Shown piece after piece: positions 43,506 through 53,681 of a DNA stretch of 64,000 bases. Origin of the DNA: Snowella sp. (lineage in GTDB: Bacteria > Cyanobacteriota > Cyanobacteriia > Cyanobacteriales > Microcystaceae); contig JAYKGY010000022.1 of NCBI GenBank assembly GCA_035285545.1, positions 1 to 64,000 of the forward strand, read 5' to 3'. Every line of letters starts with the position of its first letter. Position 1 is the first letter of the stretch. The translations under genes and the position numbers were made by a program. Under the pieces are notes generated by a model, which saw nothing but the letters and a program-made list of their open reading frames with translations, was not told the DNA's origin and made no database searches.

Positions 43506-45269
43506 TTAAATCTCAACAATCTTGTCTACTAATATCCACTCACCTTGAAGATTTAATCGACCTAAAACCGAGATTTTTTGCTGATTTTTTAAGGTTAATA
43601 ATTGCTCATTTACTTCAGGTCTTTCCGTAATTAATTGCCAAGTATTGCCATTTTTGAGAGTTAAATAATCCGCATAAAAATGGTAGTCTTGATCCCCTAT
43701 TTTTTCAAAGGTTCCTGTGAATAATTTGGTATATCGAGGTTGATAATCCATCGCTGAACAGGGGCAATTTCCCGCCAAGGGATAATCTTGAGGATGGTCT
43801 AAATAGTAGCGTTGCCAAGTTAGCCAATCGGGATGATCGGGCGGTAAGTTGTAGCAAGGAATGATCCCAGACGGGGCTAAGGGATCGGTTAATAGGGCTT
43901 CCTGTAGGGTTCTGACGGGTAAATCCTGGGGCTGGCAATTTAATTCAATGCATAATGCGGCAGCCATTCCAGCAGCTTGTCCAATATTCATTACCACGGG
44001 TTGTAAGCGGGTACTGCCATTGGCGATGTGGGATACAGAAATATTTTTTTCACAGACTAAAAAGCCTTCTACCTGTTCAGGAACTAATGCGTGATAGGGA
44101 ATGGTGAAGGGGGTTCCTGTCCACCGTCCTCCCCAGCGTCGGGATTTTGGGGCAAGCGGGAAGTCGAAGCCTGGATAGTGATGATCATTTGCATAATTGC
44201 CGATCGCGATCGCGCTGACTTGATCTTTGCCCATTGGTAGCGGTGCGACCAGACCACCGGATTGGGGTAAAATATCCTGCTCAATAATGGTCACTTTTCC
44301 CTTTAAACGCCGGCTTTCTCGGTAATAGGGGTGTAGGGCAAAGGCAGAATGATAGGGGGCTTGTTGCGGAAAAATATTTTCGGCTAATCCAATATTTTTA
44401 CCCGTTTCCTGTTGGAGAAAATAGGCAAAATTGTAACTATGTTCGTAGGCTTCTTGTAAAAATGCGTGTTTTTCTTCCTGAGAGCCAAGAATCCGATTAA
44501 TATTAACCCCGTAATCGTTGCCTGCGATCGGCCAGTTGATCATGAATTGGTTATTCGGTAATCGTCCGTAATTGAGAAACGTTTCAACCCCATAGTTTTT
44601 CCAAGTTCCCTCAAAGCAGGAAGGGTCATAACTGGGTAGCGGCGTTAACGGTGGAGCCGGTTGATTCCCGTAATCTTGGGCGATAAATACCCAGGTGGGT
44701 GACTGGACAGGATATTTTTCAGTTATCGAATTAGCGGATTCGGGCGCACTCGGTTCTCCAAATTCCTCCTGCCATTCCCAACCCCAACGATGGGGAATTT
44801 CGCCTAGTGCCAATAAATCGCCTAATTCTGTGCCATCCAACGTGATTTTTGCGGTAATTTGATAATCCTGAAACCTGACTCCTAGAATGCGATCGCCTTG
44901 ACGCATGACTTCTAACGGGATTTGTCCTGAAATCCAGTTTAAATTGGGCAATTCCTTCACCCAATTGGCAAAAATTTCTGCCCCAATGCGGGGATCATAG
45001 GTAAACAAACTGACCCAACTATGGTCTAAGCCACCTGATTGTTTTTGTTGTAAAGCTTTTAGATAGGCTCCCCAAAATCCTGTTTGCCAAGCCGCTAATT
45101 CATTACCATCGGGTGCAGCAACTCCCGCAACGGTCAGCATTCCGCCTAACCACTCAAACTCACTGACTAAAATTGTTGAAACCCCTCGACGAGCGGCTTG
45201 AATCGCGGCGGCTGTTCCTCCTGTGCCTCCCCCGACAATCAGCAAATCCGTTGTTAGTTGAGTCACCAT
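43506..45269 (-). CDS. FAD-dependent oxidoreductase
   Basis: DLLIVGGGTGG.AAAIQAAR, DGTELGD, YYRESRR, KNISVSHIANGSTRLQP. Confidence 0.9.
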   Translation of the reverse strand: MVTQLTTDLLIVGGGTGGTAAAIQAARRGVSTILVSEFEWLGGMLTVAGVAAPDGNELAAWQTGFWGAYLKALQQKQSGGLDHSWVSLFTYDPRIGAEIFANWVKELPNLNWISGQIPLEVMRQGDRILGVRFQDYQITAKITLDGTELGDLLALGEIPHRWGWEWQEEFGEPSAPESANSITEKYPVQSPTWVFIAQDYGNQPAPPLTPLPSYDPSCFEGTWKNYGVETFLNYGRLPNNQFMINWPIAGNDYGVNINRILGSQEEKHAFLQEAYEHSYNFAYFLQQETGKNIGLAENIFPQQAPYHSAFALHPYYRESRRLKGKVTIIEQDILPQSGGLVAPLPMGKDQVSAIAIGNYANDHHYPGFDFPLAPKSRRWGGRWTGTPFTIPYHALVPEQVEGFLVCEKNISVSHIANGSTRLQPVVMNIGQAAGMAAALCIELNCQPQDLPVRTLQEALLTDPLAPSGIIPCYNLPPDHPDWLTWQRYYLDHPQDYPLAGNCPCSAMDYQPRYTKLFTGTFEKIGDQDYHFYADYLTLKNGNTWQLITERPEVNEQLLTLKNQQKISVLGRLNLQGEWILVDKIVEI

Positions 45270-45299
45270 GAATTTTCCTGGGTCGCTAAAAGTTAAAAA

Positions 45300-46790
45300 T
45301 TAAAAGTTAAAAAGTAATTTTAACCGCTTCCGTGCCCAAACAACGATATTACTTTCTTCTTCTTCTTCAGTGAGTAATCCTCGCTCAGATAATTCTTGTT
45401 TACGTTGGGTTAATTCTTCTTGATGCTTGTGCAAATCATCACAAATGGCTTCACTAATATGGGGATTTGTCTGGAGTAATTTTCTAAAATTGTAATGTTT
45501 GATGGCAAAAAGTAAGGTGTCTTGTTTAGCTTTGACAGTGGCAGTACGAGGAATTCCTAATACTAATGCTAACTCTCCAAAAAAACTGCCGGTTTCTAAG
45601 ATGGCTAAGGTTTTACCTAATTTTTCTGTGACAACTTCTACTGTGCCGGAGAGAACAATATAAAACGCATCTCCCTGATCATTTTCTCGAAACAAAATTT
45701 CTTCCGCTTTTAATTTTTGTAATTGCCCAATTTCAATCAAATGGCGAATTTCGATCTCATTTAAATTTTGAAAGTAGCTAACAGATTTTAAAATATCTTT
45801 TACGGATAAAAGTTGTTTTTCTTTTTGGGGAGAATTGAACTCAATCTCTTTATTACTGGGTAGTTCTGCTAACGCTTGAGTCCGCGATCGCGAGGGAGTT
45901 ATTGGGTTAAAATACTGTCCCAAAACTTCGGGGTTTCTAATCCAGAGATCCCGTTGAGGAAAGGCAATCGTAATCTGATTTAAACGAAAATAGTATTCAA
46001 TCAAAAATCGGACAGAACTTAAAATATTAGGCTTAATGGGAACATGCTCTGCTTTAATCCAAATCCACAATTCAAAATTAAGCGCATTATCGCCAAAATC
46101 ATTAAAAATAACTTGAGCAGGCGGATCTTTTAAGACATACAAATCGTTGTAAGCGGCATGAAGTAAAGTTTCTGTCACCAAAACGGGATCACTTTCATAG
46201 GCAACACCAACAAAAAGGCTTAGGCGAATAACATTCGTATCATAATGATAGTTAATGATTTGATTCTCTGCTAATTTGTTACTCGGAAGAATCACAGATG
46301 AACCATTTCGTAATTTTAAAATCACCGTTCGGATAGAAATTTCTTCAATCGTTCCTTCAAATTCATCGAACTGAATATAATTTCCAATTTTAATTTTCCG
46401 CTCAAGTAAAATTGTTAAACCACTAATAAAATTTCTTGTCAAATCTTGTAAACCTAAACCAATCCCAATCCCTAAGCCTCCTCCAACAAAAGCTAAAACC
46501 GAAAGATTAAATCCAGTGGATTGTAAAACAATAATAAAAAATAATGTTCCGAGACTATAACTAACAATATTAGAAATAATATTACGAACCCCTTTTTCGA
46601 GGATAACTTTAGCAAGGATCTTTTTATTGAGTAGTTTATTAAAATAATAAGTAAGGATTAAAACTAATAATAAATAAATGATAATCTGAAAAATAGAAAT
46701 TAATGAAAGGCTAGTTTCTCCAAAAGAAAAGTTAATAGAATAAATAAAGTTGTAAATATCAATTAAAATTTGCTTGATGTTTATTGTCAT
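45300..46790 (-). CDS. MscS mechanosensitive channel with C-terminal cNMP-binding domain
   Basis: GLGIGIGLGLQD...NFISG, VGVAYESD, FPQRDL; LF.END.GDAFYIV.SG.V, FFGELAL...PRTATV.A. Confidence 0.9.
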   Translation of the reverse strand: MTINIKQILIDIYNFIYSINFSFGETSLSLISIFQIIIYLLLVLILTYYFNKLLNKKILAKVILEKGVRNIISNIVSYSLGTLFFIIVLQSTGFNLSVLAFVGGGLGIGIGLGLQDLTRNFISGLTILLERKIKIGNYIQFDEFEGTIEEISIRTVILKLRNGSSVILPSNKLAENQIINYHYDTNVIRLSLFVGVAYESDPVLVTETLLHAAYNDLYVLKDPPAQVIFNDFGDNALNFELWIWIKAEHVPIKPNILSSVRFLIEYYFRLNQITIAFPQRDLWIRNPEVLGQYFNPITPSRSRTQALAELPSNKEIEFNSPQKEKQLLSVKDILKSVSYFQNLNEIEIRHLIEIGQLQKLKAEEILFRENDQGDAFYIVLSGTVEVVTEKLGKTLAILETGSFFGELALVLGIPRTATVKAKQDTLLFAIKHYNFRKLLQTNPHISEAICDDLHKHQEELTQRKQELSERGLLTEEEEESNIVVWARKRLKLLFNF

Positions 46791-46823
46791 AATTTAAAAA
46801 AAATCATCCTCTTATTCTAAGTA

Positions 46824-47049
46824 CAGGACAAAAAATGTAGGGGGTCGAGAAAAAAAGAAAAATTGGAACGCATCCGTTCTTGACGGTTAGAATTTCCCAA
46901 AGTCAGTAAAAATAAGGCAAGGAAAGAGAATTTTACCCTAGCCCATCCCCAATAACGTTTTAGGGATTATTTCAGGGCGATATAGGGATTTATCGGGGTT
47001 CCCTTCTATGAAAACCTTTCTTTGACTGATTTTCAAGACTTTTGCCCTG
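46824..47049. mobile_element. Non-autonomous MITE-like element flanked by TA
   Basis: TA-CAGGACAAAA...TTTTGCCCTG-TA imperfect terminal IR around 226 bp of non-coding DNA. Confidence 0.5.
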
Positions 47050-47066
47050 TATTCAGATTTTATTTA

Positions 47067-47161
47067 TAAGTACCTCGGCAAAATTATTTACACATAGCGA
47101 TCCTTGTATAGCAAGGCTTCTAGGCTTGTCTAGTAGGTAATTTATTTTGCATGACTACTTA
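47067..47161. repeat. Short cyanobacterial inverted-repeat element (MITE-like)
   Basis: TAAGTACCTCGGCAAAATTATTTAC...GTAATTTATTTTGCATGACTACTTA imperfect IR. Confidence 0.6.
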
Positions 47162-47235
47162 TAGAATATTTCAAGAATTTGTCACTGGAAGTCACCGAAA
47201 TATTAACAAAAGAATGGTTTGACAGTTTCAAAAAC

Positions 47236-47871
47236 TTACTTTGCAAGCTGGACTGCACTGGGACTTGAGCTATCAATCGGGGTAGGTTGTTCTCCAGATT
47301 CACCATCTAACATTCCAAGACGATCAAAGGGCCAAAAACGGAACAGCGCACGACCGATCAGTTTATCTTTCGGAACAAATCCCCAATAATGGGAATCATA
47401 GCTATTGTTGCGATTATCACCTAAAACCAAATATTGATTTTCAGGCACTTTAACTGGGCCGTAATCATAATTCGGTTCTTGGGCAATGTAATCTTCTGAG
47501 AGTTTGCCCCCATTGACGTAAACTGTGCCGTTAGAAACTTGTACCGTATCGCCGGGTAAACCAATCACTCGTTTAATAAATGCTTCCTTAAAATTGCGTT
47601 GTTTTAACGCTTCCGTGGGGTCAAAAACGACAATATCACCCCGTTGAGGTTCGCGGACATGATAGGTCACTTTTTCAATAATTAATCGGTCATTAATTTG
47701 TAGCGTCGGTTCCATCGAGGAAGAAGGAATATAACGAGCTTCAGCCACAAATGTCCGAATACCGATTGCTAAAATAATCGCCGTGCCCAAGGTTTTAGCT
47801 GTTTCTAGCCAAGGATTCTCTGGTTTAGGTTGAGGGGTTGTAGCTGGCTCTTGATCCAAACTTCGCGTCAT
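47236..47871 (-). CDS. lepB: Signal peptidase I
   Basis: ARYIPSSSMEPTL, FIKRVIGLPGD, LGDNRNNSYDSH. Confidence 0.95.
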   Translation of the reverse strand: MTRSLDQEPATTPQPKPENPWLETAKTLGTAIILAIGIRTFVAEARYIPSSSMEPTLQINDRLIIEKVTYHVREPQRGDIVVFDPTEALKQRNFKEAFIKRVIGLPGDTVQVSNGTVYVNGGKLSEDYIAQEPNYDYGPVKVPENQYLVLGDNRNNSYDSHYWGFVPKDKLIGRALFRFWPFDRLGMLDGESGEQPTPIDSSSPSAVQLAK

Positions 47872-47996
47872 AGAAAACTACCGAAAAAAGAAGGGTTGAT
47901 GCTAGATGATGTCGAGATTAAAAATCGTATCTTTTCTAGTTTAGCGAATAGAAGACAGTGGGATAATAAATATGTTCTATAACCCATGAGGAGATT

Positions 47997-49379
47997 ATGG
48001 TTTCTCCATCAACAATGTTAATTCGCCACGCTCAGATACTGTTACCCAATGGTGAATTTATGCAAGGGGATGTGCTGATCGGTGATGGTAAGATTCAACA
48101 GATTGCTCCTACGATCGCGGATGCTCAATTTAGTACCATGATAGACGCAACGGGGTTAACTTTGTTGCCTGGGGTGATTGATCCGCAAGTCCATTTTCGT
48201 GAGCCAGGGTTAGAGCATAAGGAAGATTTGCATACGGCCAGTCGTGCTTGTGCCAGAGGTGGGGTTACCAGCTTTTTAGAGATGCCTAATACCCGTCCCT
48301 TAACGATTACCCAAGCTGCATTAGACGACAAATTACAACGAGCCGCCCAGAAGTCTTTGGTCAATTATGGTTTTTTTATTGGGGCAACGGCTGAGATTTT
48401 GCCGGATTTACTCACGGCTAAGCCGACCTGTGGCATTAAAATTTTTATGGGATCGATGCATGGTGCCTTACTAGTCGATCAAGAAGACATTTTAGACCGA
48501 ATTTTTTCCCAAGGAAGCCGTTTGATTGCCGTCCATGCCGAAGATCAAGCCCGCATTGCTCAACGTCGTCAAGAATTGGCAGGAAATACCGATCCAGCCC
48601 TTCATTCCCTTATTCAAGATAATCAAGCGGCCTTGAACGCGACCCAACTGGCCTTAAAACTGTCCAAAAAATATCAACGGCGACTCCACATCTTACACAT
48701 GTCTACGGCCGATGAAGCGGAATTATTGCGACAAGATAAGCCTGAGTGGGTAACAGCAGAAGTTACGCCCCAACATCTCTTACTCAATACCAGTGCCTAT
48801 GAAACCATTGGGTCTTTTGCCAAGATGAATCCACCTTTGCGATCGCCGCACGATCAAGAAGTCTTATGGCAAGCCTTACTCGATGGGGTGATTGACTTTA
48901 TTGCCACCGATCATGCGCCCCATACCCTGACGGAAAAAGGTCGAGCCGAGGATGCTCCTATTTCTACTCAAGCGGAAAAAGCGTCAGCCGATACGGTCTT
49001 TTTAGAACCTGCTAATGTGCCGTCAGGAATGCCTGGGGTGGAAACGGCTTTGCCCTTGATGTTAACCCAAGCCATGCAAGGTCGATGCACCGTGGCCCAA
49101 GTGTCCCAGTGGATGTCCGCCAATGTGGCCAAGGGGTACAAAATTCCCAACAAGGGCGCGATCGCGGTGGGTTACGATGCCGATTTAGTTCTAGTCGATT
49201 TAAAAACCTATCATCCAGTATTACGGGAAGAACTACAGACCAAATGTGGTTGGAGTCCCTTTGAAGGCTGGAATTTAACGGGTTGGCCCGTCGTTACGAT
49301 TGTTAATGGAGCAATTGCCTTTGAACGGGGTCAATTTTTTGATCAGGTTCGAGGAAAAGCCTTAACGTTTGATGGGTAA
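47997..49379 (+). CDS. pyrC: Dihydroorotase (cyanobacterial type) with an internal insertion
   Basis: PGVIDPQVHFREPG, EMPNT, HAED, TDHAPH, SGMPGVET. Confidence 0.9.
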   Translation: MVSPSTMLIRHAQILLPNGEFMQGDVLIGDGKIQQIAPTIADAQFSTMIDATGLTLLPGVIDPQVHFREPGLEHKEDLHTASRACARGGVTSFLEMPNTRPLTITQAALDDKLQRAAQKSLVNYGFFIGATAEILPDLLTAKPTCGIKIFMGSMHGALLVDQEDILDRIFSQGSRLIAVHAEDQARIAQRRQELAGNTDPALHSLIQDNQAALNATQLALKLSKKYQRRLHILHMSTADEAELLRQDKPEWVTAEVTPQHLLLNTSAYETIGSFAKMNPPLRSPHDQEVLWQALLDGVIDFIATDHAPHTLTEKGRAEDAPISTQAEKASADTVFLEPANVPSGMPGVETALPLMLTQAMQGRCTVAQVSQWMSANVAKGYKIPNKGAIAVGYDADLVLVDLKTYHPVLREELQTKCGWSPFEGWNLTGWPVVTIVNGAIAFERGQFFDQVRGKALTFDG

Positions 49380-49431
49380 TTTCCCTTAATTTAAAGTGAT
49401 TATCCTAATTTTCTAACGCCTAACACCTCTC

Positions 49432-50616
49432 TCAATAAAGATTGCTGACTCGACCAACGACAAATTTTAAATAGCGACCTTCGGGGAAAGCGGCAGGAAT
49501 CGGATGATCTAACGGTTGGCCGGCTTCGTGCAAAATCTGAATACGGCGATCGCTGATGGAACCGGCACCGGCTAACATTTCCTTAAAGGCTTCAGGACTG
49601 ACCTGGCTGGTACAACTGGCCGAAACAATCAACCCATCAGGGGCGACACATTTTAACGCCAGGGCATTGAGTTTGGTATAGGCACGGATAGCAGCAAAAC
49701 GATTTTGTTTACTTTTGGCAAAGCTCGGCGGATCGAGAATCACCATATCAAAGGTCTTGCCTGCTTGAACATAACCGTTCAACACTTCAAAACAATCGGC
49801 TGTAATAAAACTATGGCGATCGCTGTCGAACTGATTTAAACGCACATTCATACTCGCCACCGCGGCCAACTGTTTACCGATATCCACATTGGTAACGTGA
49901 CTTGCTCCCCCCCGTAAGGCATATAAGGAAAACGCCCCTGTATAGGAAAAACAATTCAAAACGGTTTTATTTCGACTAATTTCGCCAACAAAATGCCGAT
50001 TTTCCCGATGGTCTAAGAATAAGCCTGTTTTTTGCCCTGTTTCTAAATCAACTTGGAACAATAACCCGTGTTCTTTTACCGTAATGTCCTCAGTAGGGAC
50101 TTTTCCCCACAATACTTGCGTTTTCCCTGCTTGATGCTCTGCTCCTTCTTGGTGCTTCGTCCGCCATAAAATTCCTTGCAAAGGCGCGACTTCCCGCAAT
50201 GCTTTGACGACCCAATCCAATAGGGCATTGGCTCCTTCCATATAGGTTTGTAGCACCGCGTATTCGCCATAGAGATCTACCGTTATTCCTGGTAATCCGT
50301 CCCCTTCGCCAAATAACCAACGGTAAGCCGTACAATGTTGTTCCCGCAGGGAGGCCCTCAGTTCCCACGCCGATTGCACCCTTGCTTTTAACCATTTCGG
50401 ATCGGGTAGTTGACGTTGGGAAAAAATCCGCACCGCGATCGGGCCTTTGTTATCCCACAATCCAAACCCCGTCCACCCCCCGCAGCGAACTTTGAGCCAT
50501 TCTCCGGTACCAAAACGCATCTCTTTCGGTAACTTGTCCCGATAGATCCAGGGATGGCCCTGAGCTAAACGGTCTTTGAGTTGGGGAGAAACGGTTATTT
50601 CGCGCAATTTTGGCAT
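49432..50616 (-). CDS. RlmI/RlmK-like 23S rRNA methyltransferase
   Basis: GHPWIY PUA domain, EGDGLPG..VD.Y, GQKTGLFLDHRENR, LDPPSF. Confidence 0.9.
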   Translation of the reverse strand: MPKLREITVSPQLKDRLAQGHPWIYRDKLPKEMRFGTGEWLKVRCGGWTGFGLWDNKGPIAVRIFSQRQLPDPKWLKARVQSAWELRASLREQHCTAYRWLFGEGDGLPGITVDLYGEYAVLQTYMEGANALLDWVVKALREVAPLQGILWRTKHQEGAEHQAGKTQVLWGKVPTEDITVKEHGLLFQVDLETGQKTGLFLDHRENRHFVGEISRNKTVLNCFSYTGAFSLYALRGGASHVTNVDIGKQLAAVASMNVRLNQFDSDRHSFITADCFEVLNGYVQAGKTFDMVILDPPSFAKSKQNRFAAIRAYTKLNALALKCVAPDGLIVSASCTSQVSPEAFKEMLAGAGSISDRRIQILHEAGQPLDHPIPAAFPEGRYLKFVVGRVSNLY

Positions 50617-50763
50617 AGGTTTCGGTTTTTAAAGATTAGCTCCACTCGCGGATAATGCTGGTGAATCGATACCAATTCCCATTTCATCACGTAATTTTTA
50701 GCCTAGCTTAAAATGAATGAACCCCGAATAGACTAGGATACAAATAGTTACTAGGAACGAATA

Positions 50764-51075
50764 ATGGTAGAACGTCCAATCAAAAAGTCCGAGCGTCAAG
50801 CGAATCCAGAGGGGAGCAATAATGAACCCCGTGAAGCGGCAAGAAATGACAATCCGGGTCGTCCCCCCCGTGGTAGAGGCAAGGGGAAAGGAAAAGGGAA
50901 AAAAGGCGATCGCCAAGAAGAAGCCAAAGTGATCAATCCTGCGCTAGCCCGTCCTCCCAAACCCAGCAAACCCCAACCGCCGGTCGTTGAAGAAACCCCA
51001 GTAGAAGAGCCGGAAGAAACGGTGGCAGAAACAGAAACCGCGACGGAAGAAACTCCTGAAGACGTGACCGAATAA
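50764..51075 (+). CDS. Low-complexity conserved cyanobacterial hypothetical protein
   Basis: MVERPIKKSER...NPALARPPKP with a Glu/Thr-rich tail. Confidence 0.7.
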   Translation: MVERPIKKSERQANPEGSNNEPREAARNDNPGRPPRGRGKGKGKGKKGDRQEEAKVINPALARPPKPSKPQPPVVEETPVEEPEETVAETETATEETPEDVTE

Positions 51076-51248
51076 GTGTCTCCAGTTTCCATCAAGGTAA
51101 TGCCATTGCTCATTCCTTTTGTTTGCAAGTTAACCCGAATACATGATTAATGACGCGATCGCTTCTCTGGGTCGCGAATTTTTTAGATTAACGCCGATTC
51201 CAATATTCATTTATAATTCCTTGAGTTATTCTCATTGCTTCGCTGAAA

Positions 51249-53675
51249 ATGCCCTTGTTAGTTCAACTGCCTGAAATTCCTACCGCTGCTTGGAAACGTC
51301 CCATTGGTCAAGGATGGGAGAAACCCTATACCGTCCGTTATGCCAGCAATTTAGATGATGGGCCCTGGCATGGGATGCCCTTGGGAGGGTTTGGAGCCGG
51401 TTGTATTGGGCGATCGCCGAAGGGAGATTTTAACCTATGGCACTTAGACGGGGGAGAACACGTTTTCCGCAGTTTACCCGCCTGCCAATTCAGTATTTTT
51501 GAACAAGCTGAAGGAGAAGCCGCCCAAGCCTACGCCCTCGCCACAGAAGCCCCCGAAGATGGCAGTTTATCCCGTTGGCAATGGTATCCCAAAGAAAAAG
51601 GAACCTATGCCGCCCTCTATCCCCGCAGTTGGTATCACTATCAAGGGGTATTTAAAAGCGATCTGATTTGTGAGCAATTTTCCCCGATTTGGGCCCATAA
51701 CTATCAAGAAAGTAGCTATCCCGTTGCCATTTTTGATTGGACAGTACATAACCCCACCGATAAGGAAATTACCCTCAGTATCCTGCTCAGTTGGCAAAAT
51801 ACCGTCGGTTGGTTTACCAATGCCGTTAAATCTCCGAATGTGCGAGTGCGAGATGATGGTAGCCCTGTTTATGAATATCAACCCCGTTGGGGCAATAGTA
51901 CGGGCAGTTTTAACCAGTGGATTGAGGATAACTATCGGGTCGGCTGTTTACTCAATCGTATTCAACTCCACGATCAGATCCAGGAAGGCGAGGGACAGCT
52001 TTGTTTTGCCAGCGTGACCAATCCCAGCTTTGAAGTGTTCCATCACAGCCGTTGGAATCCGATCAGTGATGGTTCGGATATTTGGGACTTTTTCGCGGCC
52101 AATGGTTCTTTACCCGATTATCAGGATGAAACCCCCGCCGATCCAGGCGAACAAATTGCAGCGGCCATGGCCATTCGCTTTACTATTAAGCCAGGCAAAA
52201 CCCGTCGTATTCCTTTTATCCTCTCCTGGGATTTTCCTGTAACAGAATTTGCAGAGGGGATTAATTACTATCGCCGTTATACTGACTTTTTTGGGCGCAA
52301 TGGGCAAAATGCTTGGTCAGTGATTCGTACAGCTTTAAAGCATAGCGATACTTGGAAAGAAAATATTCAGGCGTGGCAAGCTCCCATTCTCAAAAATCCT
52401 GAACTGCCCGATTGGTTCAAGATGGCCTTGTTTAATGAGCTTTATTTGTTAACCCAGGGCGGAACTCTGTGGACGGCTGCAACGGAAAATGATCCGGTGG
52501 GCCAGTTCGGGGTTTCCGAATGTATGGATTACCGTTGGTACGAAAGTTTAGATGTTCGGCTCTACGGGTCTTTTGGGTTGATGATGCTGTGGCCTCGGTT
52601 GGATAAAGCCGTTTTAGAAGCCTTTGCTAGAGCGATTCCCAGTTACGACAATACGCCGCGCATTATTGGTTATAACCAAGCCTCTGCCATTCGCAAAGCC
52701 AAGGGAGCGACACCCCACGATCTCGGTGCGCCCAATGAACACCCTTGGGAAAAGACCAATTACACCAGTTACCAGGATTGCAATCTCTGGAAGGATTTGG
52801 GAAGCGATTTTGTGCTTCAGGTCTATCGAGATTTTCTGTTAACCGAAGGAGAAGATTATGCTTTCCTGTGGGAATGTTGGCAGGCAATTACCGAAACCTT
52901 GGCGTACTTGAAGGAATTTGATCTGGATAACGATGGCATTCCTGAAAACTCTGGCGCACCCGACCAAACCTTTGATGATTGGCAATTATTGGGTATCAGT
53001 GCCTATTGTGGAGCTTTGTGGATTGCTGCCCTGGAGGCCGCGATCGCAATTGGAGCGTTATTGCTGACCCATCCGCCCGTACAGAAAGAATTAACCCCTG
53101 CTGATTATCCCCAATCCGTTGAAGATCACATCAAAACCTATCGCGACTGGTTGAGCCAATCCCGTGAGATTTATCACCCCACCCTTTGGAACGGAGAATT
53201 TTACAAACTCGATAGCAAGAGTGGTTCCGATGTGGTCATGGCGGATCAACTCTGTGGTCAATTCTATGCCCGTCTATTGGGATTACCCGATGTGGTAGAA
53301 AACGAATATGCCGAAAAAGCCTTGAAAAAAGTCTATGATACCTGTTTTCTCAAATTCTTTGATGGGCAATTTGGGGCGGCAAATGGCCTCAAGTCCGATG
53401 GAACCCCTGAAAATCCCCAAGCAACTCACCCTCTAGAGGTTTGGACAGGCATTAACTTCGGCTTAGCCGCCTTTCTTTTACAAATGGGCATGAAGGAAGA
53501 AGCTTTCCGGTTGACAGAAACCGTGGTTAAACAGATTTATGATAACGGTTTGCAATTTCGCACGCCTGAAGCCATTACAGCGGTAGGAACCTTCCGAGCG
53601 AGTCATTATCTGCGGGCAATGGCGATTTGGGGATTGTATGGCGTTTTAATGGGATTTAAGGCGGAATCTGTTTAG
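51249..53675 (+). CDS. Glycoside hydrolase family 116 (GBA2-like beta-glucosidase)
   Basis: GMPLGGFGAG.IGR, ALFNELY, ECMDYRWYESLDV, PHDLG.P, DQTFDDW, FRTPEA, YLRAMAIW. Confidence 0.93.
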   Translation: MPLLVQLPEIPTAAWKRPIGQGWEKPYTVRYASNLDDGPWHGMPLGGFGAGCIGRSPKGDFNLWHLDGGEHVFRSLPACQFSIFEQAEGEAAQAYALATEAPEDGSLSRWQWYPKEKGTYAALYPRSWYHYQGVFKSDLICEQFSPIWAHNYQESSYPVAIFDWTVHNPTDKEITLSILLSWQNTVGWFTNAVKSPNVRVRDDGSPVYEYQPRWGNSTGSFNQWIEDNYRVGCLLNRIQLHDQIQEGEGQLCFASVTNPSFEVFHHSRWNPISDGSDIWDFFAANGSLPDYQDETPADPGEQIAAAMAIRFTIKPGKTRRIPFILSWDFPVTEFAEGINYYRRYTDFFGRNGQNAWSVIRTALKHSDTWKENIQAWQAPILKNPELPDWFKMALFNELYLLTQGGTLWTAATENDPVGQFGVSECMDYRWYESLDVRLYGSFGLMMLWPRLDKAVLEAFARAIPSYDNTPRIIGYNQASAIRKAKGATPHDLGAPNEHPWEKTNYTSYQDCNLWKDLGSDFVLQVYRDFLLTEGEDYAFLWECWQAITETLAYLKEFDLDNDGIPENSGAPDQTFDDWQLLGISAYCGALWIAALEAAIAIGALLLTHPPVQKELTPADYPQSVEDHIKTYRDWLSQSREIYHPTLWNGEFYKLDSKSGSDVVMADQLCGQFYARLLGLPDVVENEYAEKALKKVYDTCFLKFFDGQFGAANGLKSDGTPENPQATHPLEVWTGINFGLAAFLLQMGMKEEAFRLTETVVKQIYDNGLQFRTPEAITAVGTFRASHYLRAMAIWGLYGVLMGFKAESV

Positions 53676-53681
53676 GGGGAA

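Noticed and set aside
50698..51128. Minus-strand ORFs 50698-50916 and 50796-51128
   Set aside because: Antisense to the low-complexity + strand gene 50764-51075.
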